A stretch of 64,000 nt of DNA from Terriglobales bacterium (GTDB lineage Bacteria > Acidobacteriota > Terriglobia > Terriglobales > Acidobacteriaceae): the NCBI GenBank assembly GCA_036265385.1, contig DATAPD010000046.1:27059-91058 (forward strand). The letters run 5' to 3'. Shown one piece after another: positions 33,967 to 43,030 of this stretch. The position numbers and the translations under genes are program-made. Below the pieces are notes generated by a model. It had not been told where the DNA came from. It worked only from the letters and a program-made list of their open reading frames with translations, and did not search any database. Position 1 is the first letter of the stretch. Each line of letters opens with the position of its first letter.

Positions 33967-36411
33967 CTAATGCGTTCCGGAAACGGCTCGACGATAATCG
34001 TCGGCAGTAGTGCGATAGCAAGGCAATTTGCTGTTGCGGTCGGCTGGATCGGAAGATTCGTTCTTCTGCGATGTGACGGCCGCAGGGGGGCGGTTGTCAT
34101 CCGGCCACTCCATCTGCATCAAGCTTTCATCGCAAGTTCGGTCTCGCACCACTCGCAACTTGTGCACCTTCGCGTCGGAGCCATACTCCGACAGTCTCTT
34201 TTGATACGGCAAGAACACGTATACGAGCTTGATCAGCTGCGATTGTTTATTCGTCCACTTTTCTGCGATGAATACTTCGTAATTTGAAAAGTACGAGGAG
34301 CGCGCCGGCGACCAAGCGGCGCTGATAAGGCGAAGCTGGACATCCTGAGGCGGAGGCGCTTGCTTTTCAGCGAGTTTCGATTTGACGGATTCGGGTCCAG
34401 CGCTGGCGCTGGCAGAAGAAGAGGCATCGCCCGATCCGCCTTGTCCAGATGCGGGTGGAAGAGCGCCTTGCGTCCCAAGTTGTGAACCTGCCCCGCGTCC
34501 AGCACCGAGCGTGCCGGAGCCTCCTTCAACCGACGGCGGCGGTCCAGCAACGGCCGTACCAGTTCCATTCAGAGATCCATAGCGGCCTGGGCCTATGCCG
34601 CCGGAGCCTCCTTCAATGGACGGCGGTGGTCCGGCAACGGATGTACCAGTTCCATTCAGAGATCCGTATCGCCCTTGGCCTATGCCGCCAGCACCGTCGC
34701 CTTGCAAAGAGGGTGATGGGGGCACAACCTCGCCACCGGTTCCGGCGATGGTACCTAGCTGTCTGCCTTGTCCATATTTTCCCGCACTCTGCAGAGCTGG
34801 AGGGGGCGGCACGACATCTGATCCGCCTGCGATTCCAGTTCCTCTGCCCTTGCCCAGGCTTGATCCGCTGCCATCGAGCGATGCCGGAGGAGGAACGACC
34901 TCAGCGCCGCTAGTCCCGATGGAAACGGCAGTGCCTCGTCCGCCGGTGGTCCCAGCTTGCAAAGATGGCGGAGGGCCGACGACTTGTACGCCGCTTTGCG
35001 AAGTGAGGCCAGAACCGCCTCTGTAGGTCGCTCCGGAGTGACCGCTCAGTGATGGCGCGGGAGGAACAACCGAATTAGCATCGCCGCCAACCCCGCCTCC
35101 TAGCCGGCTACCGCCCGCTCGCATCGTTGCGCCTTGGACGTCGGGAGCGGGGGCGACAATTGTTGTTCCAGGTGCGCTCAATCTTCGCGACCCGGATCCG
35201 GTGCCGATTTCAGGAGCGGGCGCAACAACGCCATACCCCGGCAAACCGACTCGTCGGGATTGACCTCCTGCACCCGCGTCTGGGGGCGCGGGCAGGACCG
35301 AACTCGCGGCGCCCATTTCAAATTTTTGACTCTGACGCGTCGCCAAGTTCGGAGCGGCTGATGCCGTCGTGTCATTACGGCGGTTGCCGCTGCCGCGAGG
35401 AACGACCAAGACATTTCTAGTTTTTGGAGCGGCAGCCTGCTGAGTTAGTTGAGTACGTCTAACGGTTCGTCTCGCGCTGGTTGAAGCAGGTTGCGGCTTG
35501 CTGGGATACGCTTCCGCCGCCGGATAATACGTGATTTGAGCTTGGCGTAACGGCCGGTTCGAATGGGTCAACTCGCGCGGCCAGATTGCTCCCAGTCCGA
35601 AAGCTAGAGCAATGACTGCAAGGTGAAGAGCAATGGACTGCCCGAATCGTTTCCACGGAAGTTGCGAGTCAACAAAAACGTGATCCCATCCGTAATCCAG
35701 CCGAGAAGTTTTTGGAATCGGTGCAGGTCTGGATGCCAGTTCGGCCAAATTGTGGAAGAACACACGGTAGGCGGACTCCGGCTCGACCAGCAGATTGATC
35801 TCGGAAGGTTTGGGCTGCTCGACTTTTTTGGGTTCTGTCTCCGCAGGCTTTCTCGGACTTTCCTCGATGACTAGCCCCGTGGGGAACTCAACTAGGCTAG
35901 CCAAGTGCTCAAGCAATTTCAGGTGACGATCATTGAATGTGCCCGGGGTTCGCGAAAAAACCGCCAACACGCCCGAAATCTTGGCGCTTTGAAAAATGGG
36001 AACTACGGCCATGGACCGGATTGCAACAGCAAGGGCTACCTGGGGATCGACACGACCATCCGTTCGAACGTCATCACATCGAAGTGAACTTCCGGTATCC
36101 AAACACTGCTTGGAGATTCCGGTGGTGGTGTTCACGGGGGCGCCAAGTGCGGGTCCGTCCTCACCCGATCGAGCTCGGCAGATCGTGCCATGGTCGCTCT
36201 TGAAAGCGATGGCTGATCCGGTAGCGCCGGTAAGAATGTTGGCCAATTCGGCGACTTTTGTCAGAACACTCTGAATATCCGCTTGTGCGTGGCCGCTCAA
36301 GCTGCGGAAAGGCAGCACGCCCGCAAGTCCGTCATCCTTCGGTAGCGCGGAGCTCTCCTTCGGCTTCTCCAAACCGGGAGACTGAAAAGCGGGAATGCGG
36401 TGATGTGCCAT
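33967..36411 (-). CDS. GAF-domain, single-TM protein with Gly/Pro-rich tandem repeats and a conserved C-terminal domain
   Basis: N-terminal GAF-like region (aa 45-175; …ATGSAIAF…AVVPIF…GVLAVFS…). The TM segment is SIALHLAVIALAFGLGAIW. About 10 repeats with a V-V-P-P-x-P-S core span aa 370-660. A C-terminal globular part of about 120 aa follows. Confidence 0.7.
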   Translation of the reverse strand: MAHHRIPAFQSPGLEKPKESSALPKDDGLAGVLPFRSLSGHAQADIQSVLTKVAELANILTGATGSAIAFKSDHGTICRARSGEDGPALGAPVNTTTGISKQCLDTGSSLRCDDVRTDGRVDPQVALAVAIRSMAVVPIFQSAKISGVLAVFSRTPGTFNDRHLKLLEHLASLVEFPTGLVIEESPRKPAETEPKKVEQPKPSEINLLVEPESAYRVFFHNLAELASRPAPIPKTSRLDYGWDHVFVDSQLPWKRFGQSIALHLAVIALAFGLGAIWPRELTHSNRPLRQAQITYYPAAEAYPSKPQPASTSARRTVRRTQLTQQAAAPKTRNVLVVPRGSGNRRNDTTASAAPNLATRQSQKFEMGAASSVLPAPPDAGAGGQSRRVGLPGYGVVAPAPEIGTGSGSRRLSAPGTTIVAPAPDVQGATMRAGGSRLGGGVGGDANSVVPPAPSLSGHSGATYRGGSGLTSQSGVQVVGPPPSLQAGTTGGRGTAVSIGTSGAEVVPPPASLDGSGSSLGKGRGTGIAGGSDVVPPPPALQSAGKYGQGRQLGTIAGTGGEVVPPSPSLQGDGAGGIGQGRYGSLNGTGTSVAGPPPSIEGGSGGIGPGRYGSLNGTGTAVAGPPPSVEGGSGTLGAGRGAGSQLGTQGALPPASGQGGSGDASSSASASAGPESVKSKLAEKQAPPPQDVQLRLISAAWSPARSSYFSNYEVFIAEKWTNKQSQLIKLVYVFLPYQKRLSEYGSDAKVHKLRVVRDRTCDESLMQMEWPDDNRPPAAVTSQKNESSDPADRNSKLPCYRTTADDYRRAVSGTH
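34432..35304 (-). repeat. In-frame coding tandem repeats (about 25-30 aa period) inside the GAF-TM gene
   Basis: Repeated VAPAPEI / VAPAPDV / VVPPAPSL / VVGPPPSL / VVPPPASL / VVPPPPAL / VVPPSPSL / VAGPPPSI / VAGPPPSV cores. The two copies at 34522-34689 are near-identical. Confidence 0.8.
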
Positions 36412-36803
36412 GAATACAAACTTCTCGGCTCGGATGCGGTGAAAGCAGCCCGATCGGGAGAACGTCGAATCCGTTCATTTTAATGGAGGACCCGCCCCCT
36501 CCTTCTTCTCACATTGCCCTAATGAGTAACTAAAGTGTATTGGAGAGATGTTGATGGTTAGGTAAACAACCTGCCCTTTCTTGACGAGGTTAGAATTTTA
36601 AAAATTTTGATTCCCATCTCTCGTTGCATTCGCCGCCGTGCGGTCCTTCAGCAGAAAAGTTGAGGAAGTTGACCCGAAATGAGATCTGTTTCCGCCTTTC
36701 TCGATAAGGAAGGCAGTCGCAGGCTGAAACGGCTGGTTCCGGTTGTGAGTCTTCAACCAGCCGTGATGCCTGCCGATTGCCGAAGATTTACAGAGGGGTG
36801 ACT

Positions 36804-38456
36804 ATGCCTTCCAAGCCGCTACAAACAGTTCTTTCTTCCGTTGTTCTGCTGATTGGGATTGGACTCCAAGCCCAGGATCTCCACATCAAGAAAAACATAC
36901 TGGTGGGAGGGAACTTCACCTCCAGTGCAGAAACATCAATCAAAGGTGCACGAGAACGCACCGTTACCCAGACCCAGGGTGGCACGACTGTTACGTTGAA
37001 GCAATGCGATCTCAAGCGAACCTTGACCCTGAATGATCAAACGCAGACTTACATGGTTGCGAATGATCCGCAGGACGAGAATGCCGCGAAGGCCGCCGCC
37101 CTGGCTACTGGGGCGCAGGCGCCCGAAGCGACTGGCGGAAAGATCGTCATTACCACAACTGTGACCGACACGGGTGAACGCAAGACGATGTACGGATATC
37201 CTGCCCGCCATTTGAAAGCCAAGGTCGTGCAGGAGCCGTCAGAGGATGCTTGCACAAAAGTGAAACAGAGCTTCGAAATTGATGGCTGGTTTGCTGACGT
37301 TTCGAAAGAGCTATTGTCCTGCGCGAGCATCGCTCCACCGCTGCAGCAAGCTGCTGGATGCCAGGACCGGATCATCGCACGCCGGGTGGGCAGCGGGAAG
37401 CTCGGTTATCCGTTGCAGGAGAACATAACCATGCCCACTCCCGATGGTGGGACGATGAGTGTAGGTATCCAAATATCTGAAATCAGCAAGCAGGAACTAT
37501 CAGCGGATCTGTTCGATGTGCCTGCTGGCTATCGCCAAGTGAATTCCGTAGCCGAATTGAATGGCTTGCCGACGGCTCAATCGCAAGTGGCGCAGCAGGC
37601 GATGCCACAGCAGCAAGTTCCACAACAGGCGCAGCAGGCATATGTGCCTCCCGCCCAGCCAGCAGCGAACGCTGGACACCCATCGATGGCGCAGATGATG
37701 TTCAACCCGGGTGCACAGGTGGCGATGCAACAAGCCGCCATGGCACAAGCCCAACAGGCAGGGATGATGAATCCCCAGGCAATGGGTGCGATGAATGGCA
37801 TGCAAGGGGCCGGTCAGCCCGCGGCGGCTCCGATTGCAGCACCACAACAATTGGGCCCGAAGGCACCTGGAAAGATCCGCATTGGCGTTGCTCCTCCTGA
37901 CGCGCAAGTTGGACAAGGCAGCAACACAGGTGCGGATTACAGCACGCCGATCCGTAATGCCGAGGTTGCTCTTATGAATGGTCCGGCCATCGAGATTGCA
38001 GCGCTGGACTCTCATATTCCGATGCAGTTGCAGGCTGAGGCACAGCAGAAGCAGTGCGATTTCATCCTGTATTCCTCGGTCGCCGTGAAACATGCCTCGA
38101 GCGGAGGATTCGGCAAGTTCGCCAAGATGGCGGGTCCTATGGCGAGCATGACGCCGATCGGCGCCATGGCACATGGCATGGGAGGAGCAGTGGCTGCCAG
38201 TGCTGCCTCAGCGGCAGCGTCTGCTGCAGCCCAATCAGCCCAGCAACAAGCCATGAATCAGCTTGCTGGGTTCAACGGCCAAATCAAGTCAAAGGATGAT
38301 GTGACCGTGCAATATCAGCTAGTGGGAACGGGGCAGTCGAGTCCAATTCTCCAGAACACACTTAAAGCGAAAGCTAAATCAGATGGTGAGGACGTCCTCA
38401 CTCCGCTGTTGCAGCAAACGGCGACCTCGGTATTGGATCAAGCAAGCAAAAAGTAA
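36804..38456 (+). CDS. Secreted hypothetical protein with a central Gln/Ala/Met-rich low-complexity region
   Basis: Start at MPSKPLQTVLSSVVLLIGIGLQAQ (signal peptide). It has a structured N-domain and a roughly 110-aa Q/A/M/P-rich tract (…QQAMPQQQVPQQAQQAYVPP…MAQMMFNPGAQVAMQQAAMAQAQQAGMMNPQAMGAMNGMQ…). A C-domain follows. Confidence 0.55.
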   Translation: MPSKPLQTVLSSVVLLIGIGLQAQDLHIKKNILVGGNFTSSAETSIKGARERTVTQTQGGTTVTLKQCDLKRTLTLNDQTQTYMVANDPQDENAAKAAALATGAQAPEATGGKIVITTTVTDTGERKTMYGYPARHLKAKVVQEPSEDACTKVKQSFEIDGWFADVSKELLSCASIAPPLQQAAGCQDRIIARRVGSGKLGYPLQENITMPTPDGGTMSVGIQISEISKQELSADLFDVPAGYRQVNSVAELNGLPTAQSQVAQQAMPQQQVPQQAQQAYVPPAQPAANAGHPSMAQMMFNPGAQVAMQQAAMAQAQQAGMMNPQAMGAMNGMQGAGQPAAAPIAAPQQLGPKAPGKIRIGVAPPDAQVGQGSNTGADYSTPIRNAEVALMNGPAIEIAALDSHIPMQLQAEAQQKQCDFILYSSVAVKHASSGGFGKFAKMAGPMASMTPIGAMAHGMGGAVAASAASAAASAAAQSAQQQAMNQLAGFNGQIKSKDDVTVQYQLVGTGQSSPILQNTLKAKAKSDGEDVLTPLLQQTATSVLDQASKK

Positions 38457-38481
38457 AAAAAGAAGTAGAAGCTGACCAACA

Positions 38482-38524
38482 GCCCACTCATCTTTCTCTC
38501 TCGGTGAGTGGGCATTCTTATTCG
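38482..38524 (+). terminator. Intrinsic terminator candidate
   Basis: GCCCACTCA (38482-38490) / TGAGTGGGC (38505-38513) followed by ATTCTTATTC. It lies between convergent genes. Confidence 0.55.
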
Positions 38525-38528
38525 TGGG

Positions 38529-40730
38529 TCAACGTGGACTGTCTGTCATAGCAATTGGCTCAGTTGTTTCCTGGAACAGAACAATTTCAGAGCTGTTGGG
38601 GTAAGGCAATGAGATGGAGAGCCCTTTTGTCATGAGGTGCTCTCCCGTCAGAACCCGATCGCTAGAAGAGTGGTCTTGGAAATGGAGTTGATAATGTGAC
38701 CCGGGTTCTAATCCACGGAGTTGGAAGTTGTGGGACTTTTCGTTCTCGTTGGAACCTCGAAACGCGTAAAGTGCTCCGTGCTTGCTGGACGGGTCGAAGT
38801 ACTCCATACCATCCCAATCCACTCCGTTCGGCCGTTCCGACACGTGGTGCAGGTTGGCCTCTCGGATCAAAGGACGCAGTTGCTTCTTATAGAGGTTGAT
38901 CTCTTCTTTCGCACCAGCATGCTGTTCGGCTGTCCATGAATTTGTGTCAACCATGATGGTGAACCAGCCCATCATGCCGCTGCGAAGCATGTAGCGAAAA
39001 TTTTCAATACGCGGCGCAGGCCATCGCTCCACATAGCTTTCGAGCATCGCGGGAGGCAAAACCCAACTGGCATCATAGAACGCGCGTCGATTGGAAAGTG
39101 GATCATAGGTATCAGTAATCGAGAAGTAGTCGGCGTGGGCAGCGCTGCCGAAGTCGACCATGCGTCCGCCATCATTGCAGACTTCGAACAAGAGACCTGG
39201 ATGTGATTTACGAAGCTGGGAGTGGATATCGTAATAGGCGCGCACGGCGTGATAACTGACATCTGTTGCGTTCGAGCTTTCGAGGAAATCCGCGCCCATG
39301 TCGTGGCGAATGCATGCATTCTTCGCGTCTGGTGGAGCGTGCGGATGATCGGTTCCCATGCATCCTTGCGCGACTAGATAGCCGTCATGCTCCAGCATGT
39401 CGAGATGGTAGTCGGTGACGATTCTTTCGAGATCGCGTTGTGCCCAATCTCTCGCAGCAGGAACACCTATATCGATGGTTTGTCCTTTGAACTCCTCAGG
39501 CTTCCAGTCCGGTGCAGGTTCGGCCACCAGCCAATCTTTGATTTTGGGATCACGAATGTTCAGGGCACCGGGCTCAGTACCAAGAGCAGCCTGGGTCCAG
39601 TCGACCCAGAGTCCGAACTTCAATCCGTGTTGGTGGGCATCATCGGCGATGGGGGCGAGTCCGTGCGGAAATTTCTGCGGATTGGGATACCAGTCGCCTA
39701 CTCCACGAAACCAGCCCGCGTCGATGTGAAACATTTCCAGGCCGAGTTCGGCAGAGTCGCGGATCATGCGATGCGCGAGGGCTTCGTCCACGATCATGCC
39801 ACTGCCCCAACTGTTGTTCGTGAGGTAAGGATAGTGAGAGTCCTTCCGGATTAGTGGATTCGCGAGCGTATTCTGTACCCATCTGCGGAGCGTATTGCTG
39901 GCGGCATCGACGCCATTCGAGAAGACACCGAGAAAAATAGTAGGCGTCTCGAAACTTTCACCGCGCGCAAGCCGAGTGCGAAATGAACCTGGATCCGGGT
40001 TGAGGCCTGCTGCACCGGTTAGTGAGTCCCCGAGTCGGGTGAGTGATAGCCGAGTTCGACCACTGAACTCTATCCCCACGTACCATCCGGAATGAGAACT
40101 GTCGCGTTCGACCAAAGAGAATGGAATGATTTCGCGCTGTTCCCCCGGTTTCGGATGTGCATAGGTGCTGGAGAGGCCTGTCCACCGGTAAGACTCTGTA
40201 ATTGCTAAACGGTGAGTGCCCTCGGCCGAGGGAGTGTCGGCACCCTTCTCAACATAAAAATGTCGTAGCTTTTCCTGCGGGCTAAGCTTCCAGTGAAACT
40301 GAAAACTGTCCTGCAGCGGAATCCAGAGTTCCTGGTTGGTGAGATTTTGAATCTGGATTCGGTGCTCGAGGGGACCTGAGGTGGTTCGTGCGAGCCACTC
40401 CCAAATGAGCCGCAGATGTGGAGTTGGCGATTCATATGTGAAAGCAATGCGTTGAGGAGTGATTACAGCTTGAGCAGGGTCGAAGTGCCAGTGAAGTTCC
40501 TGAGAGTTTCCATTCACGATCGCGTGGTCAATGAGCGAGTCAGGTTCTGTGTTTGACCATGCGGCTTCGCCGGGTGACCGGAGATCGATGATACGAGGCG
40601 CCGACTGACCGGCCTCTAGTCTCACAATCGTGTCAGTTGTTTGGAGAGTTGCGGCCCTCTGGGCAGTGGCAACGACACACAATGAGAACAGGAATGCGGT
40701 GATTCCGAAGAAATCGCGTATGCAGTTCAT
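38529..40730 (-). CDS. Secreted glycoside hydrolase, alpha-galactosidase-like (GH36/GH27 clan)
   Basis: Signal peptide, then …LEMFHIDAGWFRGVGDWYPNPQKFPHGLAPIADDAHQHGLKFGLWVDW… resembles the GH36 catalytic (beta/alpha)8 region. The canonical KWD nucleophile motif is not obvious. Confidence 0.55.
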   Translation of the reverse strand: MNCIRDFFGITAFLFSLCVVATAQRAATLQTTDTIVRLEAGQSAPRIIDLRSPGEAAWSNTEPDSLIDHAIVNGNSQELHWHFDPAQAVITPQRIAFTYESPTPHLRLIWEWLARTTSGPLEHRIQIQNLTNQELWIPLQDSFQFHWKLSPQEKLRHFYVEKGADTPSAEGTHRLAITESYRWTGLSSTYAHPKPGEQREIIPFSLVERDSSHSGWYVGIEFSGRTRLSLTRLGDSLTGAAGLNPDPGSFRTRLARGESFETPTIFLGVFSNGVDAASNTLRRWVQNTLANPLIRKDSHYPYLTNNSWGSGMIVDEALAHRMIRDSAELGLEMFHIDAGWFRGVGDWYPNPQKFPHGLAPIADDAHQHGLKFGLWVDWTQAALGTEPGALNIRDPKIKDWLVAEPAPDWKPEEFKGQTIDIGVPAARDWAQRDLERIVTDYHLDMLEHDGYLVAQGCMGTDHPHAPPDAKNACIRHDMGADFLESSNATDVSYHAVRAYYDIHSQLRKSHPGLLFEVCNDGGRMVDFGSAAHADYFSITDTYDPLSNRRAFYDASWVLPPAMLESYVERWPAPRIENFRYMLRSGMMGWFTIMVDTNSWTAEQHAGAKEEINLYKKQLRPLIREANLHHVSERPNGVDWDGMEYFDPSSKHGALYAFRGSNENEKSHNFQLRGLEPGSHYQLHFQDHSSSDRVLTGEHLMTKGLSISLPYPNSSEIVLFQETTEPIAMTDSPR

Positions 40731-40796
40731 CGCGTGTAGCGCAGGCGCCGATGAGGCGACCGCAGGTTAAAGGTACTACATGCAATTCCCGAATTC

Positions 40797-41714
40797 TTAA
40801 ATTGGCCCTTGAGAGTGGCGCAAACGGATCGCCGCAACGAGGAAGACGGCGGCGATAACGAAACCGAGCCACAGCGCGGGATTGCCCAGGAAACATGAAG
40901 GATGGATGTGGGTCATGGGATCGGTTGGAAATGCGTCGCGCGATGTTGCTGCACCAGTCGCCAGATTGCCGATCAGTCGAGATCCAACCAAGGCGGCAAA
41001 ATGCCAAGTGCCAAAGACCAGCCGTTCGACCCCGCCGATTGCTATCACTGGCAAAACCGCCCAAATAAAAGTTGCGCGCCGTGCCCACCCCGATACAAGG
41101 AGAAGCCAGCAATACACTGGCAGCGGCCAGAGAGCATGAGCGGTGACGAGGTGGTAGAGCAACAGCCACGTCATCCGAAAAAACGACAAATTTCTCCACA
41201 ACTCCGCCACGCTTTTTCCGCTTACGAAGAGCACTGCGCTGCTCACCAACAACATGAGCCATTGCAAAGCGAAGGCAATTGCGAAGATAAGCAGTGGGAG
41301 AACAACGAGTGGGATGCAGCCTTTTGCGAGCACCGTCGTCGTGTCGGAGACCGGCAAAGATTTCCAAAACAATATGCTCCGGTCGCGACGCTCACCATGC
41401 AGAGCATCAGCACAATAAAAGATACTTACAACGATGCCCGTTAGCATCATCAGGCCGGCGGCAAGGTTGTACGGTCCATGAGGCTTGGCCGGGTCGAGAC
41501 TTAGCGGTGTTTCCCAGATTCCGACGATAGAGCTGAGCGAAAAAGCGATCAGGGCCACTGCGGCAATCGTCAGTGGGGCAACATAAAGCGAACGGTTCTC
41601 CCACAATTCACGTCGGATCGACCAATAAAAACGCTGGGCGGGCGAAACGGCAGGAGCAACGGCACTGCGCGATTCGCCCTCAAATTCACGCATCGCATTC
41701 ACCTGGTTATTCAT
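40797..41714 (-). CDS. ABC-2-type transporter permease-like membrane protein
   Basis: 305 aa with 6-7 TM segments. It overlaps the upstream ATPase stop by 4 nt. Confidence 0.55.
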   Translation of the reverse strand: MNNQVNAMREFEGESRSAVAPAVSPAQRFYWSIRRELWENRSLYVAPLTIAAVALIAFSLSSIVGIWETPLSLDPAKPHGPYNLAAGLMMLTGIVVSIFYCADALHGERRDRSILFWKSLPVSDTTTVLAKGCIPLVVLPLLIFAIAFALQWLMLLVSSAVLFVSGKSVAELWRNLSFFRMTWLLLYHLVTAHALWPLPVYCWLLLVSGWARRATFIWAVLPVIAIGGVERLVFGTWHFAALVGSRLIGNLATGAATSRDAFPTDPMTHIHPSCFLGNPALWLGFVIAAVFLVAAIRLRHSQGPI

Positions 41715-42595
41715 AAGGCCGCCCGCTCCCGGATTTCGTGATTGGTGGACTTCTCTCCCAATAACGCCACGAACAAATCGGCGATGCTTGGCGTTCGGAG
41801 CTCGCCGAATGCAGCGAGTTGCTGACGATTAACGCCGTCATAAAGAAAAATGCTGCGACCGAAGGCGTGACGCTCGTGAATTGGCTTGAAGGTACGTGCC
41901 TCGGCAGCATGATCAGGATGGGCCAACAACTCCAGATACCGCGATTCAAATTCTTCCATGCTGCAACGGAATACGATTCGGCCATGGTTGATGAACATGA
42001 GGTCGGTTAACACGTTCTGTACTTCCTCCACCTGGTGCGTGGTGACGATAATCGTGCGGCTTCGATCGAAGTAGTCGTTCAGCAGGGAATCGTAGAACTG
42101 CTTGCGATAGAGAATGTCGAGGCCGAGCGTTGGCTCATCCAAAACGAGTAAGCGCGCGTCAATCGCCATGATGAGGGCCAGATGCAGCTGGGTTACCATG
42201 CCCTTCGACAACGCCGAAACTTTGGCATCGAGCTGGATGCTGGTTCTGCTGAGGAAAGTTGTGGCTTTCGTGCGATCAAAACGCGGGTGCACGCCTGCGA
42301 CATAGTCGAGCAGTTGGTTAATTCGCGCCCAACGAGGCAGCAGCGCTACATCAGCGATGAAACTGACATCACACATCAATTGATCGCGTTCGGTCCACGG
42401 GTTGCGGCCCAGTACCTTAAGTTCCCCTTCATACGATGTGAGTCCGAGGATCGCATTAAGAGCGGTTGTCTTGCCGGCGCCATTCGGTCCGATCAATCCG
42501 AGAATGCGTCCTTCTTCGACATGTAGATCGATGCCGTCCAGGGCGACTTTCGTTCCGAATGCTTTTCGGAGGCCGCGAGCTTCGATACAAACCAT
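41711..42595 (-). CDS. ABC transporter ATP-binding protein
   Basis: Walker A GPNGAGKTT, signature LSKGMVTQL, Walker B LLVLDEPTLGLD. Confidence 0.9.
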   Translation of the reverse strand: MVCIEARGLRKAFGTKVALDGIDLHVEEGRILGLIGPNGAGKTTALNAILGLTSYEGELKVLGRNPWTERDQLMCDVSFIADVALLPRWARINQLLDYVAGVHPRFDRTKATTFLSRTSIQLDAKVSALSKGMVTQLHLALIMAIDARLLVLDEPTLGLDILYRKQFYDSLLNDYFDRSRTIIVTTHQVEEVQNVLTDLMFINHGRIVFRCSMEEFESRYLELLAHPDHAAEARTFKPIHERHAFGRSIFLYDGVNRQQLAAFGELRTPSIADLFVALLGEKSTNHEIRERAAL

Positions 42596-42598
42596 AAT

Positions 42599-43012
42599 TC
42601 AGCGCTCCTCCTTCTTGGTCGATTTCGGGGACGCTTTCCGCTTCGCCGCTGCGTTCAGCAGTTCTTCTGTTTCGAGGCCGAGCCGATGAATGGTTTCGCA
42701 GATCCGGGGCCAATCGTCGGCAAGAAACTTTTGGCGCTCGCCTTTCAGCAGCAGGGTGCGCGCTCCGTCTTTAACAAAGAACCCGAGCCCGCGCTTCTTC
42801 TCAATCAGATCTTCATCCACCAATTCCTGGTACCCCTTGAGGACCGTGAGCGGATTCACGCGATAGTCGGTCGCAACATTGCGCACCGAGGGCAGCGGAT
42901 CGCCTTCCTTGAGCATGCCATCGAGAATCATCGCCACCACGCGGTCGCGAAGCTGACGGTAAATCGGCTGAGTATCGTTCCACTCACGGTCCATCCTGTT
43001 TTCCAGAATCAT
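42599..43012 (-). CDS. GntR family transcriptional regulator, YtrA-like (short effector domain)
   Basis: …PIYRQLRDRVVAMILDGMLKEGDPLPSVRNVATDYRVNPLTVLKGYQELVDE… is a winged HTH of the GntR family. At about 130 aa it fits the YtrA subfamily, which is typically followed by ABC genes. The alternative start is at 42994. Confidence 0.85.
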   Translation of the reverse strand: MILENRMDREWNDTQPIYRQLRDRVVAMILDGMLKEGDPLPSVRNVATDYRVNPLTVLKGYQELVDEDLIEKKRGLGFFVKDGARTLLLKGERQKFLADDWPRICETIHRLGLETEELLNAAAKRKASPKSTKKEER

Positions 43013-43030
43013 CCTCGCGAAAAGGTGAAA

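Noticed and set aside
34200-35450. Cluster of plus-strand ORFs (34382..34582, 34449..34913, 34595..35026, 35127..35420), and the idea of a CRISPR-like or other non-coding repeat array
   Set aside because: The periodicity comes from in-frame Gly/Pro-rich coding repeats of the minus-strand GAF-TM gene. The units are degenerate, they lack unique spacers, and no cas genes are present.
40633-41367. 244-aa minus-strand ORF overlapping the permease gene in another frame
   Set aside because: The alternative frame (40797..41714) gives a coherent multi-TM protein coupled to the ABC ATPase. This one is Arg-rich.
42593-42601. In-frame TGA-ATT-ATG between the GntR and ABC ATPase genes
   Set aside because: GGAGGAG sits 8 nt upstream of the ATG, and the ATPase starts normally just before its Walker A region. 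This is typical translational coupling, not read-through.
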